Shown here: one piece after another, positions 9,829 to 20,428 of the stretch
Layout of the letters: the number at the start of each line of letters is the position of its first letter
Numbering within the stretch: position 1 is the stretch's first letter
Source: an uncultured bacterium
GTDB lineage: Bacteria > Babelota > Babeliae > Babelales > Vermiphilaceae
Length of the DNA: 64,000 nucleotides
Direction of reading: 5' to 3'
NCBI GenBank assembly: GCA_963702025.1
Contig: OY969699.1
Span: forward strand, 992,001 to 1,056,000
Made by a program: the position numbers and the translations under genes
Notes under the pieces: model-generated
Told to the model about the DNA's origin: nothing
Databases searched by the model: none
What the model saw: the letters and a program-made list of their open reading frames with translations, nothing else

Positions 9829-10611
9829 ATGGGGAAAATAGCCTTGCTCATAAAGAATAAACAAGTTGGCCTTTTAATAGTATTAATGGTATTAATTCTG
9901 TTTCCATCTTCTGGCCTGTTAGCTATGGAAGAAGAATCTCCACTTTTTAAGGCGATGAGCAAACCCGTTGAGCTTTTTGAACAACTATTACGCGCGGGCG
10001 CTGATCCTAATGTACGTAAGTTTAACGGTCCTCTTACGGGAATTAGTTGCTTACATGCGTTATTATGCTGGACCGATGTCCCGGATCGGGAGAAAAAAAT
10101 TCAGCTGTTGCTCACCCATAAAGCTGATCCTAATATTCAAGCATTTTACAAGGATACGCCATTAATGTACGCAGTAGCAGACTTCCCCTCTGCAATTCCT
10201 CTGCTCTTGCAAGCAGGAGCCGATATTAATCAACCGAATGAAAATGGATTCACCGCACTCTCTAGAGCAGTAAATAAGCGATCAAAAATAGCGGTGCGCT
10301 TATTGCTGACTAATAAAATACAAGCACCCCATTTTCATTATGGCCAGTTAGTGGCGGCAGTTAATCAATATCGCCATGTCTTTTATTTAGCACGATCAGA
10401 GGAGCAAACATTTAGCGGTGTACATCCTATAATTGCTGCCGATTTTCGCGCTATTGGCAGAGCTTTGAAACAATTTGAAGGTCTGTATACCTATCGGGGC
10501 AGAATTGCCAAAAAGGGTCTTGCTCAAATATTACCCGAAGATATTGTAAAAATTATTGCCATGCATTGCGAATATCCGTCTTTACAAGCAAACAACATTA
10601 ACAAACCATAA
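9829..10611 (+). CDS. Secreted ankyrin-repeat protein with C-terminal F-box-like motif
   Basis: Ankyrin repeats (LLRAGADPN, DTPLMYAV, GFTALSRAV); tail LPEDIVKIIAMHC. Confidence 0.85.
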   Translation: MGKIALLIKNKQVGLLIVLMVLILFPSSGLLAMEEESPLFKAMSKPVELFEQLLRAGADPNVRKFNGPLTGISCLHALLCWTDVPDREKKIQLLLTHKADPNIQAFYKDTPLMYAVADFPSAIPLLLQAGADINQPNENGFTALSRAVNKRSKIAVRLLLTNKIQAPHFHYGQLVAAVNQYRHVFYLARSEEQTFSGVHPIIAADFRAIGRALKQFEGLYTYRGRIAKKGLAQILPEDIVKIIAMHCEYPSLQANNINKP

Positions 10612-10621
10612 AAGGAATAGA

Positions 10622-11728
10622 ATGAAGCGAATTCTTATACCAATGATTGCGATTTCTCTTGGCATATTGGGCATCACTGCGTGCATGCAAAAAAACAATG
10701 GTGACGCAAAAATAACAGCGGCAATTGATGATTATCTAAAGACTCAAACATCTGCCGGGAACTTTAGTGGCACCGTGCTGGTGGCAAAAAAAGGCACTAT
10801 TATTCTGCGCAAAGCATATGGGTTTGCAAATTATGAGCTTGATGTTCCCAATACACCGACCATGAAATTTCGCATAGGCTCGGTGACCAAACAGTTTACT
10901 GCCTTAGCAATTTTACAGTTACAAGAGCGTGGACTTCTGAAGGTAACTGATCCACTGGCAAAATACATTCCCGATTTTCCCAATGCACATAACATCACTA
11001 TTCATCAATTGCTCACACACACTTCCGGCATTTTTAATATTTCTCGTACGCCTGATATTTTAGAGCGGGCTAAACAATCGATCACGCTCGAAAAAGAGAT
11101 CGAAATCATCAAAAAAGGGGCTCCTGAATTCACTCCGGGCGATCATTATAGTTATAACAATTCCGGCTATGTAGTGCTCATCTCTATTATTCAAAAAGTA
11201 TCAGGCAAAACATATGAGAAATATTTACAGGAAAATATATTTAATCCTCAGGGTATGAAAGATAGTGGTATTGATGATCCGATAAAAATTATAAAGAATC
11301 GCGTTGCGGGTTATGACAAAGATACTCATGGTCTTAAAAATGCGGTATACACTGATATGGCCTGGGCTAATGGTGCAGGGGCTATTTATTCCACTATTGA
11401 TGATATGTATCTTTGGAATCGCGCTTTATACGGCAATAAATTGCTCTCTCAAAAATCACTTGATGCAATGATGACCGGCTATATTCCCATGGTGCAAGGC
11501 TCAGATGCAATTAAGTATGGCTATGGACTCGAGATTGAAAATAATACACCATTTGGGCGACGTATAGAGCATGGCGGCAAAACCAATGGATTCCGTTCAT
11601 TGCTAGTATGCTATCCTGACGAAGATGTTTGCATTATTATTTTGAGTAATTTTATTTTCGCGCCGGTCAAAGAAATCAAAGATACTATCATGGCCAATCT
11701 CTTTAACCAACCACATCAAATACCATGA
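10622..11728 (+). CDS. Serine hydrolase, beta-lactamase/AmpC-like family, probable lipoprotein
   Basis: FRIGSVTK (SxxK), YSYNNSGY, HGG motifs; lipobox-like ITAC. Confidence 0.9.
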   Translation: MKRILIPMIAISLGILGITACMQKNNGDAKITAAIDDYLKTQTSAGNFSGTVLVAKKGTIILRKAYGFANYELDVPNTPTMKFRIGSVTKQFTALAILQLQERGLLKVTDPLAKYIPDFPNAHNITIHQLLTHTSGIFNISRTPDILERAKQSITLEKEIEIIKKGAPEFTPGDHYSYNNSGYVVLISIIQKVSGKTYEKYLQENIFNPQGMKDSGIDDPIKIIKNRVAGYDKDTHGLKNAVYTDMAWANGAGAIYSTIDDMYLWNRALYGNKLLSQKSLDAMMTGYIPMVQGSDAIKYGYGLEIENNTPFGRRIEHGGKTNGFRSLLVCYPDEDVCIIILSNFIFAPVKEIKDTIMANLFNQPHQIP

Positions 11729-11985
11729 GTAACATTAAAGAGCTTATGCAAATTCCCGGTGTTGGAAAGGCATGTGCATTGGATCTTTGGAATATAGGCA
11801 TTCGTTCCATTGATGATCTTAAAGATGCTAATCCGGATGTTCTTTACGCCAAGCTTTGTGAATACCAAAGTCAAAAAGTAGATCGCTGCATGCTGTATGC
11901 GTTTCGTTGCGCCGTCTATTATGCTTCACATAAAAAGTATGATCCGGAATTATTAAAATGGTGGAACTGGAAAGATGAGAAATGA
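11725..11985 (+). CDS. Helix-hairpin-helix protein (Cdd1/pathogenicity-locus family)
   Basis: LMQIPGVGK...DRCMLYAFRCAVYYA...KWWNWKD is the family signature. Confidence 0.85.
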   Translation: MSNIKELMQIPGVGKACALDLWNIGIRSIDDLKDANPDVLYAKLCEYQSQKVDRCMLYAFRCAVYYASHKKYDPELLKWWNWKDEK

Positions 11986-11986
11986 G

Positions 11987-12679
11987 TTAGTGAACCGCAG
12001 CCTTCTCTTTTTTTAAAACTTTTCTAAATGTCATCGAAATTCTCCCTTTTTTTACCGGTAACAAGCCATGTTTCCACTCATGCCGCAATGTACCTTTAAA
12101 TAAAAAAGCGGTGCCGGGTTTTTCCTCAAGATAAAAACGACTTGATTCGCCAATCTTGGGATTTTCAAAAAAGAGATTTTGCACTGTATCCGGTTCAACA
12201 ATAAGGCCGATAATCGATTCATCAAAATAATAGGTTCGCTCTTCTTTCATCTGTGCCCAGGTAAGATTGCGATCGATATGAGGCGCAATTCCATCCCCGG
12301 GTTGGTACATGGTAACAATGCAATTATCGTAATCTAATGCACAATCCTTAGGATCAAGTTGATCTTTGAATAGCTCGAATACCTGATTCCGAATCCCTGC
12401 AATAAATGCAGGTATCGGTCGTTCAACAAGGCGGCCTTTTTCAAGCGCATGAAATACCTTGCCAAAATCTATCGTTTCTCGGTAATAATGCGCATCGGGC
12501 CAGGTATGTTTAATTTCTTCGCTTAGCGCATGAATATTTTCTACTAAAGACTTGGGTAAATCCATATGGGCAATAAATAAGGCATCCACCGGAGTGCGCT
12601 GTAAAATAGGCAGGTCATTACCAAAGGCAGCTGATCCCAAAAATGAGATTATCAGAAAAGTAATTACATGCTTAATCAT
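11987..12679 (-). CDS. AlkB-like 2OG-Fe(II) oxygenase with signal peptide
   Basis: YQPGDGIAPHID (HxD), WKHG, RISMTFR motifs. Confidence 0.85.
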   Translation of the reverse strand: MIKHVITFLIISFLGSAAFGNDLPILQRTPVDALFIAHMDLPKSLVENIHALSEEIKHTWPDAHYYRETIDFGKVFHALEKGRLVERPIPAFIAGIRNQVFELFKDQLDPKDCALDYDNCIVTMYQPGDGIAPHIDRNLTWAQMKEERTYYFDESIIGLIVEPDTVQNLFFENPKIGESSRFYLEEKPGTAFLFKGTLRHEWKHGLLPVKKGRISMTFRKVLKKEKAAVH

Positions 12680-12760
12680 AATTTCCTTGTACCAATGCAG
12701 ACCCATATCTTTCAATGGGTCTGCCATGTGATGTATTATCGCCTCATTTTATAGTTCTTT

Positions 12761-13588
12761 TTATTTTTGCACATTATATTCCATAAAAATCCAATATGCC
12801 GGATTAAAATCATGCCCCGGCTCTTTTATAGGATTTGCGTCAATCCCAAATCCCCAGGAACGATATGCCGCAATTGCTTGGGCATTGGTTACTCGGGTAC
12901 ACAAGAAAATACGTTCCACTTCAGGAACAATGGTAAAGATAGAATTCATAAGCAACTTGCCCAATCCTCTATTTTGCGCGTGAGGAGTTACACCCATTGC
13001 AGTCACTTTGCAGGTGCCATGCGGGTATGAAGGACGAACAAAAAAGGTGATAAATCCCAGCAAATTATCCGTTTTGCAATCATTGACGGTGACAGAAACA
13101 TAAACATCATCTGTACCAAATTTTGACCAATCTGTTTTGGTATAGAGATTATTGATAATTGAGTAAACATTGTCTTTGGCTACCTGCCAATCAATAGAAG
13201 CCTTATTTTCAAATAATGGCGCAATTGATTGATACAATCGCTCAGTTGATGCAGCTTCCGGATGTGTTTGCAAAAACCCTAATTCAACTGAGGTAAATGC
13301 CTGGGATGCCAGATCAGCTATCTGATTCATGCTCGGAACAAATTGAGCTGATTGAGTGGTAAGAATATGCCAATGCAAACTAACAGCATTACTCATTTTA
13401 TCTTTTGCATTGAATGAGCCCGAGGCATTTTCTTGGGCTCTTTTTTGTAAAGAAGTTATCCAGTTTACAGAATTTTGATTATTCATTGTTTTATTTCTTT
13501 CATTATGAAGTTCTTTTTGGGCATAGGTTATAAAAAATAGTGCCAAACCTATAAAAAGGCACAGGATTATGCGTGGAGCATAAAACAT
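12761..13588 (-). CDS. GNAT N-acetyltransferase with N-terminal hydrophobic segment
   Basis: GVTPHAQNRGLGKLL and NAQAIAAYRSWGF motifs. Confidence 0.85.
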   Translation of the reverse strand: MFYAPRIILCLFIGLALFFITYAQKELHNERNKTMNNQNSVNWITSLQKRAQENASGSFNAKDKMSNAVSLHWHILTTQSAQFVPSMNQIADLASQAFTSVELGFLQTHPEAASTERLYQSIAPLFENKASIDWQVAKDNVYSIINNLYTKTDWSKFGTDDVYVSVTVNDCKTDNLLGFITFFVRPSYPHGTCKVTAMGVTPHAQNRGLGKLLMNSIFTIVPEVERIFLCTRVTNAQAIAAYRSWGFGIDANPIKEPGHDFNPAYWIFMEYNVQK

Positions 13589-13636
13589 GGGAATATCCTG
13601 ATTTAATATAAAAAATGGTAATTAGACTCGATACCC

Positions 13637-13716
13637 CGTCTTCGCTAAAGCTTCGTAGACGTAAACCTGGTTCCGCTCATGGTGAGGAGGAACCGGCAGG
13701 TTCTGTCTCGAACCAT
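13637..13716. repeat. Cluster of REP-like hairpin repeats
   Basis: CTTCGCTAAAGCTTCG (related copy at about 27326, inverted) followed by CCGCTCATGGTGAG-hairpin-TCGAACCAT (same ends as 59338-59379). Confidence 0.7.
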
Positions 13717-13868
13717 CAAAGCATGGGCATTAAAGGATAAAAGTCACAAAATGGACTAATAAGGAGATAAGAACTTTCATAAAAACGCCCCCGGATACTA
13801 TCCATAGTAGAGAGACTAAAAAATAGGTAACATTTTAATAATAGTGAAAAAAAGGCTAGAAAGCAATA

Positions 13869-14072
13869 TTATTTGGTGAATTCCAATAAATCGCCGGGCT
13901 GGCAATCCAGTGCTAAACAGAGTGCTTGGAGTGTTGAAAATCTGATAGCCTTTGCTTTGCTTGTTTTTAAAATTGAAAGATTTGCCTCGGTAATATCAAC
14001 ACGCTCTGCAAGCTCGTTAAGCCGCATTTTACGCTTAGCCATCATTTCATCGAGTTTAACAACAATTTTCAT
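13869..14072 (-). CDS. Cro/C1-type HTH transcriptional regulator (YozG-like)
   Basis: ELAERVDITEANLSILKTSKAKAIRFSTL..LC.AL.CQPGDLL. Confidence 0.9.
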   Translation of the reverse strand: MKIVVKLDEMMAKRKMRLNELAERVDITEANLSILKTSKAKAIRFSTLQALCLALDCQPGDLLEFTK

Positions 14073-14085
14073 TTATGACCTGTTT

Positions 14086-14676
14086 TTATACGGTTAAATC
14101 TTGTTCACTTTTTAAACGGAAGCCTTCTTGCATCATTAATGAAATAACCAGAAAAAAGCCGAAAATCAGTAATTTGATTATAGCATTATCAACTGCATAT
14201 CCTAATGAAAGGGCGGTCGTTTCAGCTGTTTCGTGAAAAACAAAAACACTTAATAATAACCCGCAGATGGGAGTATAAATAGCCCATAAAAGTGCAAGTT
14301 TACTCATTTTGCGCAATAATGAGACTGTTGTTAATGAAAATATCTCCCCCTTATAGAAACAACGCATGAGCTTTATACAGTAAAAAAGCGCAGCCAACAC
14401 GATAACCATTGTTATACTTTCTACAAGGAATCCGATGACTCGGTGTTCAAACGAGATATTACGCAAAAAGTTAAGGGAATCGGGGCACATACTTGATATG
14501 TTGTTTCTATCCATATAGGGAAGCCAAAAATTCATATTTTTGAGTACCGGAATTTTGTCTTGAGTCCACCGCATAATCAAAGTTATTACTGTAATAGGCA
14601 TAAGAAAAATAGAGATTTTCTCCATCCATCCGGCATAAAAGGTAATTTTTTGCATAGAATTTTTAGTCTTAAGCAT
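14086..14676 (-). CDS. DUF2975-type membrane protein
   Basis: Four TM segments, GEIFS, terminal LKSEQDLTV; the usual partner of the downstream HTH gene. Confidence 0.8.
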   Translation of the reverse strand: MLKTKNSMQKITFYAGWMEKISIFLMPITVITLIMRWTQDKIPVLKNMNFWLPYMDRNNISSMCPDSLNFLRNISFEHRVIGFLVESITMVIVLAALFYCIKLMRCFYKGEIFSLTTVSLLRKMSKLALLWAIYTPICGLLLSVFVFHETAETTALSLGYAVDNAIIKLLIFGFFLVISLMMQEGFRLKSEQDLTV

Positions 14677-14873
14677 GACTAATCCTTGGTAATATGGATA
14701 TAAAATTTATTTGGGATATATTACAAAATTTAACAGATGTTTATTGAATGTCAATAAATATATATTGATAATAAATAAACAGGGGGGGCTGGCAGGTAAT
14801 TTCAGCCAAGACACAAAAAAGCGTTTGACCAATGAGTCTAAAAATAGGTAGTAATTTAAAAATTGGCTCTAAA

Positions 14874-15950
14874 TCAAGTAATTTTGAGAGTCTTATCAAA
14901 AAATTCTAAAACTCTATCCATAATTATATTGAGCGTTTTTAACGGGTCTGGGATATTCAGCTTAGGGAAAACAATATCCGAATCACTAAAAGAATTATGA
15001 TTTGCCACAACGGTAATTAAGCGAGCTTGCTCAGCATTCGTCATTACTAGCTTTTCGATTGTTTCTTTTAGATTTGACGGATTTCCACTCGTACTAATAA
15101 AAAGGAATGGCGCTGGAATTCTTAGATTGGAATCAGGAAAAAGCAGACCGCCATCAAGTGCTATCCCAGCCTTGCAGCGATTATCTTTATTGCAAAAATA
15201 AAGTGCTGCTGCTGCACCGTAAGAATGCCCAATAACTGCTAATTTTTGCAAATCTAAATGACCTGAAAATATAGAATTATGATTGGCATTTATTTTTTCT
15301 AATTCATCTATCACAAATCTTATGTCTGCAACCCAGGTAGCCAATTCACATATTTGTGCACTTTTATCCATTTCTAATTTACCCCGCAAATCCGGTTGGG
15401 CAGGAATCATGCGCTTATCATCAAAAATTACCACCGATGCCGCATACGGTGAATTAATCGCTACAACAATATAACCAGAGCTGGCAAGCTCGGATAACAA
15501 AATCTCATAATTATAACCCGTAAATTGCCATCCATGGCAAAAGATGAGTATTGGAAATTTTTGTTTTTCAGTCGAAAGTGGTGCATTAACTATTACATGA
15601 GTCTTTATTTGATCTAAGTAGTCAAAATGAGAAACTGGCTTATTAAATTTCTTACTTATACTTGCTTTTGTAAAATTCAGTGTATCGTGTAAGTAAGTCA
15701 GTTGCTTGCCTTCGCTATTTTTCTTTGCAGGGTACCAAAATTGTACCATGAGCTCTCGATGATCATTGGTATTCTTTGAATGATTTTCTTTTCGGGTTAT
15801 GTCTCTCAGATAGCTCTTGATAAATCCAACGGGATAGTGCCCTCGCGGCATAGGCATAACAATATTTTTAGGTTGATCAATATATACCGGCTTTTGCATC
15901 GCCTCAACGAGCATAAAGCATCCTAAAGCAATAAGAATAGTTTTGCGCAT
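14874..15950 (-). CDS. Secreted alpha/beta hydrolase (PAF-acetylhydrolase-like)
   Basis: RELMVQFWYP, FPILIFCHG, GHSYG nucleophile, ALDG, NHNSFSD. Confidence 0.85.
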   Translation of the reverse strand: MRKTILIALGCFMLVEAMQKPVYIDQPKNIVMPMPRGHYPVGFIKSYLRDITRKENHSKNTNDHRELMVQFWYPAKKNSEGKQLTYLHDTLNFTKASISKKFNKPVSHFDYLDQIKTHVIVNAPLSTEKQKFPILIFCHGWQFTGYNYEILLSELASSGYIVVAINSPYAASVVIFDDKRMIPAQPDLRGKLEMDKSAQICELATWVADIRFVIDELEKINANHNSIFSGHLDLQKLAVIGHSYGAAAALYFCNKDNRCKAGIALDGGLLFPDSNLRIPAPFLFISTSGNPSNLKETIEKLVMTNAEQARLITVVANHNSFSDSDIVFPKLNIPDPLKTLNIIMDRVLEFFDKTLKIT

Positions 15951-16213
15951 GAAGAGTATCCTTCACTAATTTTTAAACTTTAATGATCAGGAATATGCTA
16001 ATGCGATATTTACTTAGAAATCAAGTATGTTGCATACGAATCTGCCTTATATACCCTGTTTGTCAAAGAAAAACAGTCGCAATTCGTCAAAGAAATGCTT
16101 CTTAAAATTGACAAACAGAATATATAAAAGGCTAAAATTGAATAATTTTATTAAACAAGTATAATTATTAATATAAATTTGTATTTATTAGACTGAAAAT
16201 AGAGGATTATCAC

Positions 16214-16612
16214 ATGAAAAAAATAGTAGCTCTTTCACTATCATTATTATTGCTTCCTATAAGCAATACTGAGGCTTTATCTTTCAAAGCCGGTGCCAAA
16301 TTAGTGGGTGGCGGCATTTGTTGTTTGTATAGCGCCAACTCATTCATCAAAACAGCAGCGCTCGTCAATTATTTACGAAACACCAATCTCGATAACTTAC
16401 CACTTGCCTTTGACCAGAATGCGCACGGTTTAGCCAGAGATGCACAAGGTGTAGCAGCTTTCACCGCAGCTTTTACTCTCGCTATCTTATCAGTCACCAG
16501 AGCCATGATGACCGCAGAAGCAATGAGTTATGCTCTTGAAGGAGTCGGTTCAGGATTACTGGGTGCTTGGTTATTAACGAGTGGATACAAAGATCTTCAG
16601 GACCATGCATGA
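16214..16612 (+). CDS. Membrane/secreted hypothetical protein
   Basis: Signal peptide plus hydrophobic segments; GAGGA RBS. Confidence 0.65.
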   Translation: MKKIVALSLSLLLLPISNTEALSFKAGAKLVGGGICCLYSANSFIKTAALVNYLRNTNLDNLPLAFDQNAHGLARDAQGVAAFTAAFTLAILSVTRAMMTAEAMSYALEGVGSGLLGAWLLTSGYKDLQDHA

Positions 16613-16764
16613 AATTATCTCTTTTGCCGCTACTACTATTCTCATCTTTCATAAGCCACTTATCTTATGCCGTCACCTGGCAATGTGGCATTGAGCATCA
16701 GATCAAAAAATGGAACCCTCATCTTCAAAATGGGCGCAATCTCATCCGCTCTTTCCATTCTTGA
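16609..16764 (+). pseudogene. Probable truncated secreted-protein gene (signal peptide only)
   Basis: ATGA overlap with the upstream stop; MKLSLLPLLLFSSFISHLSYA then runs into the 3' end of the convergent ankyrin gene. Confidence 0.4.
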
Positions 16765-17681
16765 GCGTATTTCTTTTGCCGTTTTTCTAATGCTTTTGCA
16801 AGCAGCCCAAAAATCTGTTTTCTATCAATCCCTTGCTCTATAAGACTTTCAGCCAACCCTAGAGGTGTTTGGCCATTATGGTCCCTTACAATAAGATTTG
16901 CGCCATTATCAATCAATAAGATAACCATTTCTGAGGAACCTTCAGCTACTGCATTATGCAAGGGAGTGAAGCCAGATAGAGCATGTTTTAAATTGGGATC
17001 AGCGCCGCCCTTTAAAAGCAGCTTGGCCATTTCCTCTTTACCTTTTTTGACTGCAATCAAAAGCGCCGTATTTTCCTCACTATCTTTTTGATTGATAGTC
17101 CGCTTTGCACCATGAGCAAGCAGCAATGAGACAATTTCAGGGTCTTGGCAATAATAAACAGCATCCATGAGCGTGGTAACTTTATGTGTATCTTGTAAGT
17201 TTGTATCTGCCTTTTTTTCTAAGAGCATCTTCACTATGTTTTTATTACAACTTTCATGATTGCTACCAAGTGTTATTGCTAACATAAGTGGCGAAATACC
17301 ATTGTTATCTTGGATATTCGGGTTAGCTTCCTGATTAAGGAGTATTTGAATAATTTTTTCATTCTGAGTGGCGATTGCAATAAAAAGCGCAGTTCCGCCA
17401 TCGGCATCTTGAATATTAGGATCCGCTTTTCTTGCAAGCAATACGCGAACCATTGCCTCATTTTTTTTGGTTGCCGCCCAAAATAAAGCAGTTTCTTGGT
17501 AAATGCCCCGCGCATTTACATCAGTTTTAGGATCTTGCAGGAGCTTTTTAACCCCTTCAAGATCATTAGCTTTTGCCGCGGTAATTAATGCAGGCTCTTG
17601 TCCTGTCTCGGGTTTTTGCATGCCATAAGTGAAAGCAACCACAAAGCCAATAAAAAATACTAAAATAGCTTTCTTATTCAT
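16725..17681 (-). CDS. Secreted ankyrin-repeat protein
   Basis: About 7 ankyrin repeats; C-terminus closely paralogous to 8064..9317. Confidence 0.9.
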   Translation of the reverse strand: MNKKAILVFFIGFVVAFTYGMQKPETGQEPALITAAKANDLEGVKKLLQDPKTDVNARGIYQETALFWAATKKNEAMVRVLLARKADPNIQDADGGTALFIAIATQNEKIIQILLNQEANPNIQDNNGISPLMLAITLGSNHESCNKNIVKMLLEKKADTNLQDTHKVTTLMDAVYYCQDPEIVSLLLAHGAKRTINQKDSEENTALLIAVKKGKEEMAKLLLKGGADPNLKHALSGFTPLHNAVAEGSSEMVILLIDNGANLIVRDHNGQTPLGLAESLIEQGIDRKQIFGLLAKALEKRQKKYAQEWKERMRLRPF

Positions 17682-17699
17682 AATTCCCCTCTCACTTTC

Positions 17700-18896
17700 T
17701 TATAATCGCGCTTTTTGGATATCTCTAAAAACCAAATGATGATCTTTTATATATTGTGTTATTTGTTTGTAAATTCCTTCTGCACTTCCAAACCATCCAG
17801 TCTTTATTTGATAAAAGGGAGCTTTAGTTTTTAAATTCAGACTACGAGCATTGAAAAAACCACTAATATGTTCAGCATTCACGTTTATCACTTTAGTACG
17901 TGCATGAAAAAATTCTCCAAGTCCACATAGACTGAGTAAGGTTATGAGCGGGGGAATAAAAAACATATTTGCTAATGTCCCTTGAGCATATTCTTTTTTA
18001 TTAATAAATAATGTATAGCCAAACTCCTTTTCATTTTTCTTTGTCATTAAATAATAAGCACACGCTGTATAATCAAATAATATACCGCCCAATAATGTTG
18101 AACCGAATGAAATTGATCGATTATTAATCCTCATTCTGGCACGATAGTCATCGAAAAAAGTTGTTCCACGGTACAAAACAAATTGCTGTGTATTATATGC
18201 CTGATATTCAATTGCTATTGCACGTTCCATATCTTGCGGAAGGAGAATGTTTCTCTCATTTTTAATAATCGCAAATCTATCCTGCGGTAGTGCTCGCAGA
18301 TTGTTTAAAATTTTTCCATGCCAAAAATCTATTTTTTTTATACATCGTATTGCTTGCTCAAAAGAAAGTGGAAACGAAATACCATTATTTTTACACTGTT
18401 CTACAATAAAATTATTAATAGCTAAATGCCACTGCATAAGATGCGTATTAAAATTTGCTTGTCGAAATGCTGTCGTATTAAAAGCAATTACCTTTAATGC
18501 CTCACTTGGCTGCGCTATGGTAATATTTTCAAGCTCATTTTTCTTAACTGCATAACCTACCATTAATCCAAAAGTTGCATCTTTTAATTGCTCAAAATTA
18601 TCGCGCAGATAATTCAAACAAAACATTTCATACAATGTGGTCGGAATAAAGGTTGCCTCTATGCCGGAATTTGGCAGCTTTGCCTTAATCTTCTCATTCA
18701 TCGCCTTTATTTCATCATCGACATATTTGCCATATTCTAAACTCATAGGAAACTGGGTTTCCAGCATTATGTTATAGAGAATCTTATGCTCTTCTGGCGT
18801 AATCAGAGCACCATCTTTTTTGTAAAAGAGCGTTTCGGCTTGAACAATAGACGACGAAAATAGTAAAACAAGAATCACTATCAGCTTCTTATGCAT
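17700..18896 (-). CDS. Secreted hypothetical protein, possible ADP-ribosyltransferase-like fold
   Basis: Signal peptide; VLYRG...SISFG...GEFFH pattern (fold call tentative). Confidence 0.6.
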   Translation of the reverse strand: MHKKLIVILVLLFSSSIVQAETLFYKKDGALITPEEHKILYNIMLETQFPMSLEYGKYVDDEIKAMNEKIKAKLPNSGIEATFIPTTLYEMFCLNYLRDNFEQLKDATFGLMVGYAVKKNELENITIAQPSEALKVIAFNTTAFRQANFNTHLMQWHLAINNFIVEQCKNNGISFPLSFEQAIRCIKKIDFWHGKILNNLRALPQDRFAIIKNERNILLPQDMERAIAIEYQAYNTQQFVLYRGTTFFDDYRARMRINNRSISFGSTLLGGILFDYTACAYYLMTKKNEKEFGYTLFINKKEYAQGTLANMFFIPPLITLLSLCGLGEFFHARTKVINVNAEHISGFFNARSLNLKTKAPFYQIKTGWFGSAEGIYKQITQYIKDHHLVFRDIQKARL

Positions 18897-19070
18897 AATT
18901 CCCTCAGATTTAAAGCAATGTACCTCTTTAATTCTGAGGCTATCATAAAATCATTTCAAATAGAAACAATTCATATCGCTTTGCCAGTAATTTATGGCTA
19001 AAGTAAGCACTTCTTATTTACTTTTTACCATAAATTGCTAATATAAATATTGACTAATGGAGATTTATCT

Positions 19071-19964
19071 ATGAAACCCGCCAAAATCGATATGAATACT
19101 CAAAAAAGAATCGCAGTACTCGTTGCCAAAAATCCAGATGAATGGTGCAATGATAAGTTGTATTTAGAACCATTTTTTAAACAAGAAAAATGGCTCTATG
19201 AAGAAATTGTCTGGCATAATCCCGAAATAAATTGGAAGCAATATGATGGCGTGCTTATCCGATCAACCTATGATTACATTGAACACTATGAACAATTTAT
19301 GCGTACCTTAAAGCATATTGAAAAGCAGGGAATCCCTCTTTTTAATCCTTTGAATGTCATCAGTTGGAATAGCAAAAAATCATATCTGGGTGATCTCAAA
19401 TCTCGTGGCATCAATATTATTGAAACAATACTCACCACGCCTTCTCAAATCCATGAACTTGTTCCGATAATGAAACAGAATAACTGGCAAGAATGTATTG
19501 TGAAACCGGTTATATCAGGTGGCGCTTATAAAACATTTCGTATCGCGCAAAAAGATGCGCACACTTTTGATATTTGTGCCCATTTTGTTCCTCATGAACC
19601 ATTTCTTATTCAACCATTTGCCCAAGAGATTATTGATGAAGGAGAATGGTCTTTTGTCTTCTTCGATAAAAAGTTCTCTCATTGCATGTTAAGTAAGCCT
19701 AAACAAGACGATTTTCGGGTACAGTTTTTCCATGGGGGCCACTTACAAAAAGCTAACCCTGAACCCTGGATGATCGCAGAAGCTGAAAGAATTCTGAATG
19801 CTGCCGGTTTTGAAAAACTTTTATACGCGCGCGTTGATGTAATCCGCCGCAACAATAAACTATATGTAATGGAACTTGAGCTGATTGAGCCCTATTTATA
19901 CTTCAGTTATTACCCTGAAGCTGCAAAAATGTTGGTAAAGACTCTTAAGAAATATATACAGTAA
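19071..19964 (+). CDS. ATP-grasp protein (RimK/glutathione-synthetase-like)
   Basis: IRSTYDY, WNSKKSYL, IVKPVISGGA, GEWSFVFF, LYARVD, MELELIEP. Confidence 0.85.
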   Translation: MKPAKIDMNTQKRIAVLVAKNPDEWCNDKLYLEPFFKQEKWLYEEIVWHNPEINWKQYDGVLIRSTYDYIEHYEQFMRTLKHIEKQGIPLFNPLNVISWNSKKSYLGDLKSRGINIIETILTTPSQIHELVPIMKQNNWQECIVKPVISGGAYKTFRIAQKDAHTFDICAHFVPHEPFLIQPFAQEIIDEGEWSFVFFDKKFSHCMLSKPKQDDFRVQFFHGGHLQKANPEPWMIAEAERILNAAGFEKLLYARVDVIRRNNKLYVMELELIEPYLYFSYYPEAAKMLVKTLKKYIQ

Positions 19965-19977
19965 GCTACGCTTACGC

Positions 19978-20334
19978 TTAATTTTCACACAATTCTTGTA
20001 TCGCATTGATTGCCGATTGCCCACTTAAGACTAAGGCTGCACCCGAAGCGGCGACAAGCGGTAAGTGCGGAATTTGCTGAGAGTCGCCAAATGCCAGGTA
20101 TTTCGTGATATAACCCTTATAGAATCGATAAAAAATATCTGAATAGTCAGAATCTTGGTTGTGTTTAAATGCATTAAAAATACATCTACATGCCAAACCA
20201 AAAACTACTGAACTTACTACCAATTTTCCAATGGTTACATAAGGAAAAGGTTTTTTAATAGCAGCATCGCTGCTTTCGGTGGCCATCATAAACGATGGTA
20301 GAGTTGCCAGTAAAAATAGTAAATTTTTTTTCAT
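19978..20334 (-). CDS. Small membrane/secreted hypothetical protein
   Basis: MKKNLLFLLATLPSFMMA start with two hydrophobic segments; the longer upstream extension overlaps the next gene. Confidence 0.6.
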   Translation of the reverse strand: MKKNLLFLLATLPSFMMATESSDAAIKKPFPYVTIGKLVVSSVVFGLACRCIFNAFKHNQDSDYSDIFYRFYKGYITKYLAFGDSQQIPHLPLVAASGAALVLSGQSAINAIQELCEN

Positions 20335-20428
20335 AAAAACCCCTAAAAAGCTTGTTAATGTGCAATTATTTATAGTTTGAATATAGTTATTAATAAGCAA
20401 AAGGCAATGATCGAATTGAAGAGATAGT

